A DNA stretch of 64,000 bases from NCBI GenBank assembly GCA_010093995.1, contig ML992502.1:737001-801000 (forward strand). Direction: 5' to 3'. This document shows, piece after piece, positions 11,123-22,357 of this stretch (positions are counted from its first letter, which is position 1; each line of letters begins with the position of its first letter). The translations under genes and the position numbers were made by a program. The notes under the pieces are model-generated. The model had not been told where the DNA came from and did not search any database. It was given only the letters and a program-made list of their open reading frames with translations. The DNA is from Elsinoe ampelina. Its lineage: Eukaryota.

Positions 11123-13486
11123 ATGTCGGCGGGAAGGGAAGTCAGCCACATGAAGGAAGATTCGATAGATTCCTCATTGAAGATCCCACGGACACTTGAT
11201 CAGCAACTTATAGGCCCGCGAACGTTAGTGCAGCATCACCAGGATTCCGACCGCCACCTCGAATGCGAGAATAAGCCGCAAGCTAACATACCAAATGGCA
11301 ACGCTGTCTTGGAAATGCCTTCGGGTGGCTGTTTCCAACCAAAGACGGAAGACACTATCCAAGCGTCGGCATCTCAAGACGAAAGCCAGGTCGCAAAGGG
11401 CCCAAACGCGTTACCGAAGCCTAGAAGGAAACCCAAACGCATATCAGCACAGAAGGAGAAGGGCACGGAGAGGAGACAGGGAGCGAAGCAATGCAAGGGA
11501 AAGAGAAAGAAGCAGACGAAAACCACAGCTATTGAAGGCGAAGGATTCTCAGTGGAGGGTGGTGGGTCAGACCTCGTGGATCCGCAGCAAGAGCTTGTCG
11601 AGGACGAATCTGGTAAAGATGAAGAAGATCTCGACAACTTTGAAAAGTTCCTCGCCAAGCACGATTTCTGGAGGGAACGAGGGATACGTCGAATCCAGAG
11701 GTTAGAGCGCTGTAGCGTTGATCGAACAGACCCCAGGTCTTTCGAAGCCTTTCTGATAGGCGATGCGAATAAGTGTCGTTGGGAGGGTAGAGACCTATTT
11801 AAAGATCCCAACGAGAACGGTACCTACACAGAGTGTAAGCTCAGGACTATTAAGGCCCTTCTTAGGATCGTTGAGCGACGTAGGGCGCAAGCAAAGGTAC
11901 ACGATCAGATGATGGACGGCCAAAGTTTTGCCGGCTGTCACCTAGGAACATTGCTACGGTGGAGCGCAGAGGAGCTAACAGCAATGATCATTGCTTGTAT
12001 GCCTGCAAATACTACTGGTGTTCTCGGTCGTACGACACTCGGAGAAGCAGATATGGTCGACATGGCTACGTTCACTACCGAGGATCTTTCAGGTTGGATT
12101 ATCTACTTTGGCATGGTCATACAGCCAGATAGTACGGTAGAATGCTACATCGGTGCGGGCACCGATGCGAAGGGAAGTGGTAGACGCGTTATCGAGGGTT
12201 ATGAGAAAAGTTTACGGAAGGCGAGGAGCAATATTTGGAGCAGTGTCTTCTCATCAAGTCATTTTCTAATGCGAGCAGCGCTGCCGGGTGCGAAAGTACA
12301 TCTTCGACCACTTATTAGCGTGCCCATCCCACCGACCGAGGACCGTGCAATGGAAGCAAGAGCCTTCGTTAATCTCGTGGAGGGTCTACTAGTCGACTAT
12401 CTACAAACGCTAAATATGGACATAGTCCGCAGGGCCAAACCGGAAGATGAAGGCGAGGGGGCATGGCTGAACAGCCCCATCATTGGAGAAACATCATCCG
12501 ATCTAGCGCCAACACATCTCGAGAAGACCTGGATCGGTCTGAATAGAGCACATCCACTCTATCAGAGTAGCAAATCTCCCCACGCTCGACGTCATGACAT
12601 CACAGACTTGCTCTTACGGACTGCTAGGCAGTATGGCACTTCTCTTTGTCAGGTGTGTCTGGTTGTAGACATGCGTACCGTAAAGACTCGACAACCTGAC
12701 GTACTACATCCTCCTAAGTGGCTACCTAAGCTCATCTGCTCGCCGTGTGGTCAGTGGTTGCGGACTCGTAATCATGCAGCACTCAGGGACATCGCCACTC
12801 TAGCCGAGTTACAGTCTAGCCGTAAGACCACCATGGAACTAGGCGCCCATCATGTCCATATCGTGAAGCACGAGAACTTGCTAGCGACTGCTGGAAGCCA
12901 TTGCCCCTGGTGTAACGCCAGATTTGCTACACTACAGGACGGCGAATCCGATGGTATGGCGATGCTCCGACTTCGCCCAAGCAGATCCCACTGGACAATA
13001 ATGAAAGCAATTCCGAAGCAATCGAGGGAATTCTGGCCTTGGTTATCGGACATACCTGCCGTCTGCTTCAGCTGCTATTCGATTCTGTCCAACATATCAT
13101 ATGCAAAGGACAAGCCGGGTAGGGTAGCAAAACAACTTCATGCGCGAGATTTGCAAAACTGCGCGACGCCGCGAGAGGCATTACGCTGTCAGATAGCCTG
13201 GCAGCGATTGAAGGGAAAGAGAGCCTCTCGTATTGAATTCATACACATCGACGATGCAGGGTTTGTGCAACCGGGGCCAAGCGCAGGACCAATTGTGTAC
13301 GACCCTTGTGATACCGGCAACGACCTGTACCATAGAGACCCGGGCAAGCGCATGACTACTCGACAGGTAGCTGAATTCTTGGGCACAAAAGCTCAACGAA
13401 CGGGTGCCGCACAGTATTCTGCGACTTGCATTGCAGGTATTGTCTGCGAAGGCGGCGGGAGTGTCAAGTATCAGACCCGCCATTAG
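11123..13486 (+). CDS. hypothetical protein, putative GIY-YIG-like nuclease with C-terminal CxxC zinc motifs
   Basis: 787-aa intronless ORF containing WIIY-x13-YIGAGT...GRR, a later Glu (LVEG) and GLN, four CxxC pairs (CQVC, CSPC, CPWC, CFSC) and a basic NLS-like N-terminal patch. Confidence 0.65.
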   Translation: MSAGREVSHMKEDSIDSSLKIPRTLDQQLIGPRTLVQHHQDSDRHLECENKPQANIPNGNAVLEMPSGGCFQPKTEDTIQASASQDESQVAKGPNALPKPRRKPKRISAQKEKGTERRQGAKQCKGKRKKQTKTTAIEGEGFSVEGGGSDLVDPQQELVEDESGKDEEDLDNFEKFLAKHDFWRERGIRRIQRLERCSVDRTDPRSFEAFLIGDANKCRWEGRDLFKDPNENGTYTECKLRTIKALLRIVERRRAQAKVHDQMMDGQSFAGCHLGTLLRWSAEELTAMIIACMPANTTGVLGRTTLGEADMVDMATFTTEDLSGWIIYFGMVIQPDSTVECYIGAGTDAKGSGRRVIEGYEKSLRKARSNIWSSVFSSSHFLMRAALPGAKVHLRPLISVPIPPTEDRAMEARAFVNLVEGLLVDYLQTLNMDIVRRAKPEDEGEGAWLNSPIIGETSSDLAPTHLEKTWIGLNRAHPLYQSSKSPHARRHDITDLLLRTARQYGTSLCQVCLVVDMRTVKTRQPDVLHPPKWLPKLICSPCGQWLRTRNHAALRDIATLAELQSSRKTTMELGAHHVHIVKHENLLATAGSHCPWCNARFATLQDGESDGMAMLRLRPSRSHWTIMKAIPKQSREFWPWLSDIPAVCFSCYSILSNISYAKDKPGRVAKQLHARDLQNCATPREALRCQIAWQRLKGKRASRIEFIHIDDAGFVQPGPSAGPIVYDPCDTGNDLYHRDPGKRMTTRQVAEFLGTKAQRTGAAQYSATCIAGIVCEGGGSVKYQTRH

Positions 13487-13893
13487 CACCTCGACTTACT
13501 CCACGTCCAACAATGTAGCTCTTACAGCGCGCCCCATCACGCTCATGATCGCAATTGGAATGAATAAGTAGATATACACAGCTGAGCTGGAGCCCGATGC
13601 ACAGCATCGACGAGCATGATGAGAACTTGACAAAGTTCAAGGACCGAATCCAGCGCATTACTGAGAACAAGCACGCGACTTATGTACACGAGGGACATTG
13701 GCTTGTTGGGGTCCGGGAAGCAAGGCATTTTGCGCACCTTCGATCCTTGTACCAATACTATAATTTCTCGGAATGAAAAAGTCGTCACGCGGCATGCAAA
13801 GTCGATAACCCCTTTTTACCGTCTCCCCGTATCATGGGTATGCATTACCTGCATGATTTGAGTGCCCAATGCCCGTCAGGCCCGCAAAAGTAA

Positions 13894-14087
13894 TGCCCAC
13901 CTGAGGGATTGAACCACAGACCTTTTCATCACCACTCAATGTGTCGTATACTGCTGGACAGTTAGTAATGGTCGTCCGAACACCCGAAAAACCCTAACCG
14001 AGTGAAACGCTCTACCTATTCAGGAAGTCAGACAACGAAAGAAACTTGTTAGGGATCATTGGAGACATACCACTGAGCTAGACGGGC
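13894..14087 (-). tRNA. tRNA-Thr(CGT) gene with two spliceosomal-type introns and one canonical tRNA intron
   Basis: Exons 14087-14071, 14015-13999, 13950-13949 and 13929-13894 join to a 72-nt cloverleaf GCCCGTC TA GCTC AGTGGTA GAGC G TTTCA CTCGTAA TGAAA AGGTC TGTGG TTCAATC CCTCA GGTGGGC A. A box TAGCTCAGTGG and B box GGTTCAATCC are present. Confidence 0.88.
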
Positions 14088-14825
14088 GGGAGTCGCGTCC
14101 CACGACATCCATTAACGTAACGTCGCTTTTGGGACGAGCCGAAGATATAGGATTCATTATAGAATTTTCAATCCGGAGAGGAGCCCTGGCAGTGACGATT
14201 AACGTTGAACAGTGTAGTATGCTCCAACGAGCTGATGGAGTGAATTCGGATTGAGCTACGTAAGTTGACTTCATCCATTAAGGCTTGCCCAGGTCTCATA
14301 ACATAACGTGGCGTCTTGCCATCCCGCAGCTCTAGCTTTGCCAGTTCTGTTTCTGTGTCACTGCAGCTAATGCGAGCAAATTCTTGAAAACGTGCAGGCC
14401 GACAATCGACGAGTCGAGGGCTGGGAACCACTCAGCCTTGTTCTTCGAATCTTGTAGCAAAGGGTTGACCGACTGGTGACACCTTCCATGGCACCGCAGA
14501 GATGTCAAAATCTGGCGCGTTCTCTCGACGACGACTCCTGAACAGTCGTAATTGACGTACGTAAATCGTACATGTTGTCGCGCATCCTATTTATTCAGTA
14601 TTGTTGTATTTCTCTACGGTGTTCCAGATGCTGTATGAAATCCTTGGAGCTGGACGTGAACCAGAAGCTCACAGCCACAACCAGGAATGATGTCACAGTG
14701 CGCCACCATCACATGCAGGCTCCATCATCTTGGAACTGACCGGATTGCTGGGAAAAATTGCAAATACGACATTTCGGAAGACTTCATTCTTTATCTAATA
14801 CTCCAAAGATCTACAACAAGGCATC

Positions 14826-16300
14826 ATGCCAGCCATATTCGATTATCTGTCTTTCGCGCGCGCAAAGAAGGTGCTCCAATCCCCGGCGACTCACTCCAAG
14901 CAGGGCTAATCTTCACATAGAACACGGAAGATTTGGCAAAGACCAATCCTCAAAACCCAGTCCTCAAACATGATGATGAGCAATTTCTGCATCGAGTAGC
15001 ATCGCAAGATGTTCCGGCAGCTCCATTGCCACCCAGCACCATCAAGGACGATGGCACCGAAGAAATTGCCGAGTCGCAGCAACTGAAGGAGGTCGGCGAG
15101 GCAGCAGGAACAGTGGCCCTGCCCGCAGTGTCCGAGACAGGGAACACCGATCTCTCAAAGGCACCTGATGCTACTGCCACTGACAATAAGGAGGCGTCTG
15201 AAGCTCAGAAGCGAACGTGGGGTTCATATGTGCCGTCAGTCCCTTCGATCCCATCTATACCTTCACTTCCCGCGTGGCGATCGAAGGCGGCTGAGAAGGC
15301 ACCTGATGCTGTCAAGGACAAGATCGCCCCCAAAGATGAGTCTGGTGCGCCTATCGTATCTACGACTGCCACAGCCGACGACAAGGGTAAAGCACCCGCT
15401 ACTGGAGATGACGACAAGGCAGCCGATGCGTATCCTCCTGGTGTCAAGATCACAGAAGACGTCAAGCTGGATCAAGCGAAGCTCGATCAAGATGAAAAGG
15501 AGGTGTCCGTGATCCTTGACCGTCTTAATCTCTCCTCTATCAATAACAGAGTCTTCTCCTTCTCCGACAAGTCCCAGCAACTCTACCAAGATTTCACCGT
15601 CATCCTCAAGGATATGATCAACGGCGCACCAACAGCCTACCACGACATGGAGAAGCTTCTCCGCGACAACGAAGCCCACCTATCTGAAATGTTCAACAAC
15701 ATGCCGCCCTTCGTCCAAACACTAGTCAAGTCACTCCCAGCCAAGATGGGGACATCCCTTGGCCCTGAGATTCTGGCCGCCGCAAGTGAGAAGCCTGGCG
15801 CAGATATGAAAGCCCGCATGTCAGCGGCAAGCAAAACTCCCACAACCAGTAAGAACAAGAAGAAGGTTCCCAGCGTCAAGGGTCTGGCCAACCAGAAAGG
15901 TGCCATAGCAAGCATGCTCAGAAGCATCGTCACCTTTCTGCAGACTCGCTTCCCGGTCATACTCACCGGTACCAATGTCATCATGAGTCTAGCGGTCTTT
16001 ATCCTGCTTTTCGTCTTCTGGTATTGCCACAAGCGTGGCCGAGAGACAAGGCTGCTAAAGGAAGCAGATGCTGCATCTCTCAATGATGCCTCTGATGCCG
16101 AGTCTGGACTTGACGAAAGCCAGATTTTGACGCCCGAGTCAAGCACAGCGGAATTGGAGAAGGAATCTGGAGATCTTCCCAATCTTGATGATGTTGATGG
16201 AAAGGCCGCTGAAGAAATTCTCAATAGGCCTGAGCCAGCTGAGGTGCCGCTAAGAGAGGATGAAAAGGCCCTGCACGGCGATAAAGCTAGTGCGCCTTGA
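14826..16300 (+). CDS. conserved fungal single-pass membrane protein
   Basis: Predicted exon 1 14826-14870 (MPAIFDYLSFARAKK) and intron 14871-14920 (GT..GCTAAT..TAG), in frame with the 455-aa ORF. One TM segment (NVIMSLAVFILLFVFWYC) followed by HKRGRE. Confidence 0.8.
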
Positions 16301-16476
16301 ATACTTGAGGACCCGAGACCTAGACGAGAAACGATGGACGGATAATCACGATATACCCTTGGATCAGACTGAACTTGCTTCCATGATTTACGACAGCACA
16401 ATGTAGTCTTAGCTTCAGTAATTACACGTTCATACACAAGTATATACACACCCTTTCCCCCCTTCCCATCCCTCCT

Positions 16477-17515
16477 CTAATCCACCTCCGGCACAGGCAG
16501 TCCATCCACAATCTCCATCCTCAACTTCAACTTCTCCATCGCCTTCCTCGCCTCCTGCGTCCTCAACTCCCTCGTCTCCTCCTCCGTGACCAACACAAAA
16601 TCATACGTCAACAACTTCGCCCCCTCCTTGACCCCATACTTCTCCACCTCCCCTTTCCCAACCTCTCCCAGACTAACAATCAAACTCTCCTTGACCCCAA
16701 ACACCGCATCACTACTCTCATACGGATCACCCTTCAGATACAATGCCGTAATCAAATGATCATACCCCTCCTTCTGAAACATAAAATGCATGTGTCCCGG
16801 CCTGTAGCAATGCCGTCCCAGCTGCACCAACAATTTCCCCACCGGCCCATCGTGTGGGATAGGGTACGGCACCGGCACAATGCCCTTGAACCAGAACTGT
16901 CCCTGGCCATCACTCTTCAGCACCGCCCGTCCATCCGGCTCTTCTCGTCCTTTATACTGCACGTCGTAAAACCCCTTACTATCCGTCTCCCACACATCGA
17001 TCGTCACGCCCTTGAGGGGCCTCCCCGACGTGTCCTTCACGCTGCACACGACCAGCAGCGGCGTCCCGTCTGGGTCATGGGAGATGGCGTCCCCGCTGGC
17101 GAGTGTGTGGGCGTCATGGGTGTGGAAGGGGCCCAGGACGGTGCCTTCCGTGGAGTGTGAGGGTTTGGGGTGGTCGATGCTGTCGACTAGCAGGGAGAGG
17201 CCGAGGATGTCGCTTAGCAGGATGAATTCTTGGCGGACGTCGGTGCAGATTTGGCCCGTGGAGGTGAGGAATTGGATTGCGGTCATCCATTCGGCGGTGC
17301 TGAGGCGGGTTTCTTGAGAGGGTTAGAGGGGGGTGGTAAGGGGACGGGGACGGGGACGAACCGCGGGCGTAGTCGTGGAGGTGGGTGACGAGGCGTTCGA
17401 GGAGGTATTTGAGGCGGGGGTTGGAGCAGCGTGAGTTGATAAGGTGGACGTTGTCGGTGATGTTGTCGATTGTGAGGTCTTTGAGGGGAGGGATGTCGAC
17501 TTTGGAGGGATCCAT
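16477..17515 (-). CDS. intradiol ring-cleavage dioxygenase (hydroxyquinol/catechol 1,2-dioxygenase family)
   Basis: LVTHLHDYAR/ETRL, EFILLSDILG, GTVLGPF, GFYDVQY, YPIPHDGPVG and RPGHMHF (Fe ligands Tyr/Tyr/His/His). One intron at ~17313-17361. Confidence 0.95.
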
Positions 17516-17871
17516 GTTGAGGGAGACTGGTGGGGGATGCCCGGAGTCGTGAGCACTGTTTTGATGGAGAGGTCAAGGCGAAGGCAGTGGCAGTGGCAGT
17601 GGATACTTTTGGTTGAAATACAGGTGAAGATGATGCTATGGCTTGGGGTAATAAGAATATTTCTAAGAGGAAGGCCAATTAGCTGATCATGAATAATTAT
17701 GGAGGGCTTCAATTGTTGCCAAAGCATTAACAATTCCCTCTACTACCCCGCCCCCACATTCAGAGCCGCACAGGCGGAAAGTCCCCGTCCGGCAAATCGG
17801 TCGGTCCCCGATCATGGTTGAAAAAAGTCCTTGCATCCAGATTTTACATATCGAGGGTCGTTATACACACA

Positions 17872-19491
17872 TCACATCCCACTCATCTCTCTTGTAAGAC
17901 CGGCTGCTACCCAGCCTCTGGCAAAATTCCGTCCTGATGCCAATAGCACCGTAATCCACCAGGCTCTTCCGATCCAACCATCGTACCACCTCGCCAATCC
18001 TCCACCACTCTTTTTTCTCTGCGCAATGACCAATCGCCAAATGACCTCCTCAAAAACGACAGCGAAACCATTGATGGCAAAGAACTTTGCTTCTCCAGTT
18101 GCTCTGCTCCACTCGCCCCCAAGCACACCTCTGACGGCGAAGCTGTGACAAAAAGCACTGCTCAGGAACCCGCCTAGCACTTTGCCCACATCAGCTCGCT
18201 CATCAGTCCGCTTTCCCGTCAGCTTCCGCTCGATCCACTCCCCTGGCCAAACACCGTAGACCAGGAAGAAGCGGGCGAACAGCCTGTGCCAGCCATACGA
18301 CCAGAAACCTCGAACAGACCGGATATTCCATATTCTTGTCGTGTACAGAGGCGGAAAGTATGCGAGTGGACTTGGTGCTAATGGCGAGCAGACAATGGCG
18401 AAAGCTGAGTGTGCGAACGAGAATGCTGCCATGAGAAAGGCACCCAGAGCCGCTGTCAGGAGCAGCTGCTGAGGAATGTTAAGGCGTGTGTCGAACAGAC
18501 TGATTGGCTGAGAGCCTGGTGTCCACGCAACATTATCGGCATCCTGCAAGTACCGGATGTATGTGGTCCGGATAATGACGAAGCAGACCGCCAGAATTGG
18601 CACAACGTGCACGCATATGGAATGTAGCCTGTTCTGAACTGTTGGCAGCCAGGTCTTACGCGTGTGTCGGACGTCGCTTGTGTTCCACGAGAACCCTACA
18701 CCTCTCATACTCAGTTCGAGCTCAAGCGCCCAGGAAGCGCGGTCGAGGAAGGTGTGAGGCCAGCCGTCTTCCGAGATGGCATGTTCTGTCACTGGCTGAG
18801 GCGACGGCCCTGATAAGGTTTTCGTAAGCATAAAGTAAGACTCGTCCAAGGTAGGCAGTGAACCTCTGCGGTACACGTTGTCGAGCATATCAGACGCCGA
18901 AATCGCTCGTGATTGCGAACTGGATGTGGAGGGTTTCGCTGAAGACTTCGAAATACTCCCGTCTGCGGGGGCTTCGGGAGCGGAGGAGGCAGCCTTGCTA
19001 TGGCCGTTGGTGAGTTTCGTCTTGTCTCCTGCCTTCTCGGGAAACTGCTTCCTGACATCACGAAAGCCTTCGAATAGAGGAGTCTCTACGCGAGGCTCAT
19101 GCCTGTATCGAACACGACGAGGGATATGCTTGAAGAGGTAAGGCGATAAGAAGAAAGCATCCAGGACCCGGGCACCTCCATACAGTCCCACCAAACCAAG
19201 CTGATAGGTAAGTCCGATGCTTTGTGGTACGTGATAGGCCAGTGGTAGACGAAAGAAGAGAAACCCTGCGAGAAGAGCGAGGCTGTTTCGAAGAAGTTTG
19301 ACTGCTGGGGTATCGATTGCCTCGGGCGGAGGTGGTGGCAGGAAGAGTAGAGCTAGGTAGTATATGACGGGCGGGAGTAACATAGATTCTAGTGTTAACG
19401 GGATCGTTCCTGGTATCGGGTGCAACCCTGGTCGCGGCTCCATTGACATGGCATAGGTATAAAGCTCGCGAAGCGAATTGACGTCGTACAT
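17872..19491 (-). CDS. membrane-bound O-acyltransferase (MBOAT_2/wax-synthase-like)
   Basis: 539-aa multi-TM ORF with RGVGFSW, SVRGFWSYGWHRLF and FLSSAFCH motifs. Confidence 0.85.
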   Translation of the reverse strand: MYDVNSLRELYTYAMSMEPRPGLHPIPGTIPLTLESMLLPPVIYYLALLFLPPPPPEAIDTPAVKLLRNSLALLAGFLFFRLPLAYHVPQSIGLTYQLGLVGLYGGARVLDAFFLSPYLFKHIPRRVRYRHEPRVETPLFEGFRDVRKQFPEKAGDKTKLTNGHSKAASSAPEAPADGSISKSSAKPSTSSSQSRAISASDMLDNVYRRGSLPTLDESYFMLTKTLSGPSPQPVTEHAISEDGWPHTFLDRASWALELELSMRGVGFSWNTSDVRHTRKTWLPTVQNRLHSICVHVVPILAVCFVIIRTTYIRYLQDADNVAWTPGSQPISLFDTRLNIPQQLLLTAALGAFLMAAFSFAHSAFAIVCSPLAPSPLAYFPPLYTTRIWNIRSVRGFWSYGWHRLFARFFLVYGVWPGEWIERKLTGKRTDERADVGKVLGGFLSSAFCHSFAVRGVLGGEWSRATGEAKFFAINGFAVVFEEVIWRLVIAQRKKSGGGLARWYDGWIGRAWWITVLLASGRNFARGWVAAGLTREMSGM

Positions 19492-20136
19492 GGCGGCGGA
19501 TCACCACCAGAAAATAGAAAAATGGTCAATACTGTACACTTGACATGGTAAGAAGTAAGAATCACCCACACAAGAGAATCACATGAAAATTGGCAGAAAC
19601 AACAAATGTCGAAACGATGTCATTGTTCGGGGGGGCAGATTTCAGATCTGGAGTTGGGCGAGCCAGATCTGAAGCCAATCGTCATCGATCGACGTGAGAT
19701 CGGTCTAGCCGTTTTGGGAATCCTCGCGGTCCTCTACTTTTACGAGCACGACCGAGGTCGCTCGAAATTGTCCTCAGAAGGATATTTGGCCAGAATGTCA
19801 TCAGGTTCGCTTGTAAATTCACCATCAGAGGATACTACCTTCTACCACTACATTATCAAAGATAGACAGATCAGTGGAAAACATCAGGATCACAGGCTGA
19901 CTTTTGCGGCAATACACCTTCTAGCCCAGAGATAAATCCTGTCTGAGCACACAATAGCGTGGTTTGGTGTGCCGATCCAGTGTTGTGTCTGCATCTTACT
20001 GCCACCATAGAGTGTAAATGACATGGACTGCGACTTGCCTTATCATACTTAGTTTCATACTGTCTACTGAATGCTAATATCATGAGCTCCGTACGTTTCG
20101 AAATGCAGCTCGTGAGTCGTAACGCTCTCGTCGCAT

Positions 20137-22357
20137 CTACCAGGCCTCCCAGCGCTGGCCTCCCAGCGCCACAAGACGGTTGAAAAGCTCGTCGCGCAAC
20201 ACCATCGCAGTCACCGTGTAGCTCTCTCCAGTCTTGGTGACAATCTCAAGACCATCTGCCACCTCCCTGTCCAACGCCCAGCCGACAACCAATTTCGCCT
20301 TCCATCCAAGCCCACCGATCTTCTTCAGTTCCTTGATGTCGGCGACCGCTACAGACCAGACTGGATGCAATTCGTCTTCGGTCCTACCTATGGTGCCCTT
20401 CTTCTTGATGTCGGAAGACAGACTGAAGGAAACACATGGAATAGTAGCCTTCGTACTGACATAAGTGTGGCCTCTCTTTCCATGGTAGCGGCAAGCGAAA
20501 TCAACTGGACCGCTGAGCAAGGATGTTTTGTCCTTGGGAACAACGCCGAGCCGGTTCTTCGATGCATCGCTGCCTGCCTTGGCCTTCAGGTGATCGGCAC
20601 CAAGAGTAGATTCGACCGTGGCTTTCACACTGCCTTTGAAGAAACCCAGGATCTTGCTGCCTTTCTTTCCGTGATGCGTGGACTTTGATGCATCTATGTC
20701 GGATCCGCCAGTCTCATGCTTGACGTTCGGGTCGTGCTTCTCCATAGCATCTTTCAGCTCATCCTCTGTGGCGTTGAGGGGGTAGTCGGAACCTGCTGCT
20801 CGCAGATGCTCATCAGTAACATCGGCGCTCTCATCTGGCGGTGGCTGCGCAGATGTTGGTGGCGGAGGTAACGGACTCTTTCTCGCCTCGCCCAGTCTTA
20901 ACAGAGTAATGGTAAGTTGGGCATTTGTGGGCACGCCTTTAAGAATCGTATTGCGGACCTCGAGAAGTTTCTGCCAGTTGGGGAATTTGTTGTTAAGCCA
21001 TTCCAACGCAGGAAAGATGACAGGATCGCCGAAGAAGCCAGCACCAATGCCGAAGGTAAGCCCCTTCATAAACATGTAGGAGCTGACGAAAATGCTCATA
21101 CCGAGGAGCGGTACTACCAAAGCCGCAAGGCGCAACCTGTACAGATCGTGAGGGAAAGGCTTTGTTGGCGATAGGGCATTTCCGAAGCGCTCCCAGGTGT
21201 CGCAAACATCAGCCAGACCGTGCATAATGGGCCTCATCTTAGTCCACATGGCGTTCTCAACTGGTACTTTGGCCTTGTCGTTGTCGGCACTCGCGGATCC
21301 TCCAGACACCTTGACGCGGGCCGAGCTTGCACCAACTGCCAAAGCTGTGGGATCAGGGACACTGCTGTTTGGAGAGTCCTCATCCTTCTTTCCTGGTGGA
21401 TCATTCTGGGGGTGCTTTCCACTAGCGCTGGCCAAGGCAACTGAAGCGATACCGTTGACAAAGTGGCTAGCTTCTGCTTCAACAGCTTCACCTTTATGGT
21501 TTTCTGGTGCACCTGTCGCACTGTCTGTGCTTCCCAGCACTCCTGCTTTTGGCTTTTGCACGCCTCCGGTCTTACCGTCGACGAGAGCTAATGGTGCTGG
21601 CGGGAAGAGCAGGTCGCGTGAGGGCGGATATACGATGAGAGCAACGAGAGTTGTCGTGAAGAGGGGTACGATAAAGTCGAAAGCCCAGGCGAGGAAGTAT
21701 GCCTTGAAATAGTCAGTCGCCAACTTTTACTTTCTGCAGGTCAACGTCACTTACAGCACAAAATGCCGCCGTCCGCCTTCTCTCCCTCCAGGATCGGAGT
21801 CTCACTATCTGCTTGCCGAAACCCATGAGACCAATGATCACAGTCATGTACAATCGCTCGAGCTGAGCTCGGAGCTTGTCGGGGCTGAACTCCTCAATTT
21901 TGGGGCATTAGCATGTCTATTCTGCTCGGAATATGAGTATATGTGACCTACTCATCTGCGATGTTGAGGTCCAAGTTGCCGGGGACAGGATGGGGATACT
22001 CCTTGACGTGGTACATTTGCTAGCCTACGATTAGGCACGCACACAAGTACTCAATCGTGTAGAGCTTACCTTGTTAAACCTTCTGACCAAAATCCAGAGC
22101 TCTTCGTTCTCCAAACCTCCAACCAGTGGAGCTGGGATCTGCTCCTTTGGCTCATTCCAGCCCAGGTCGCGCACTTCCTCGTCGTGATCTTCCTGAGCGA
22201 CGCCTTTCTCGTCATGATCAGCCATAGCTAGAGCGTGACTAGCTGTAGCTTCCTGCGTGAGCGAAGCATGCTGTTCCTTCTTATCTGGCTCGGACACAGG
22301 TTGCGTGTCGTTTGGGATGGGCAGGAGGTCTTTGTAGACCGCACCTGTGCCCGCCAT
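20137..22357 (-). CDS. conserved fungal membrane protein (DUF3292-type)
   Basis: Spliced gene: exon 1 ...LWILVRRFNK, short exons (..FSPDKLRAQLERLYMTV..LRSW) and a long final exon ending GGQRWEAW. Family name from recall. Confidence 0.8.

Noticed and set aside
14168..14431. 87-aa ORF upstream of the tRNA, and other short ORFs in 9600-11100 and 60000-61600
   Set aside because: No recognisable motifs or gene structure; cannot be supported without homology or expression data.
15637..16449. Long antisense ORFs overlapping real genes (also 36990-37763, 27675-28403, 61977-62720, 25887-26597)
   Set aside because: Shadows of GC-rich coding sequence on the opposite strand, with no recognisable motifs.
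17775..17787. GGAAAGTCCCCG resembling the RNase MRP CR-I motif
   Set aside because: No matching CR-V and no room before the MBOAT CDS; more likely part of the CGG-rich dioxygenase promoter.
16477..19491. Dioxygenase plus MBOAT as a secondary-metabolite cluster
   Set aside because: No backbone enzyme (PKS/NRPS/terpene cyclase) or pathway regulator; the neighbours are housekeeping genes.
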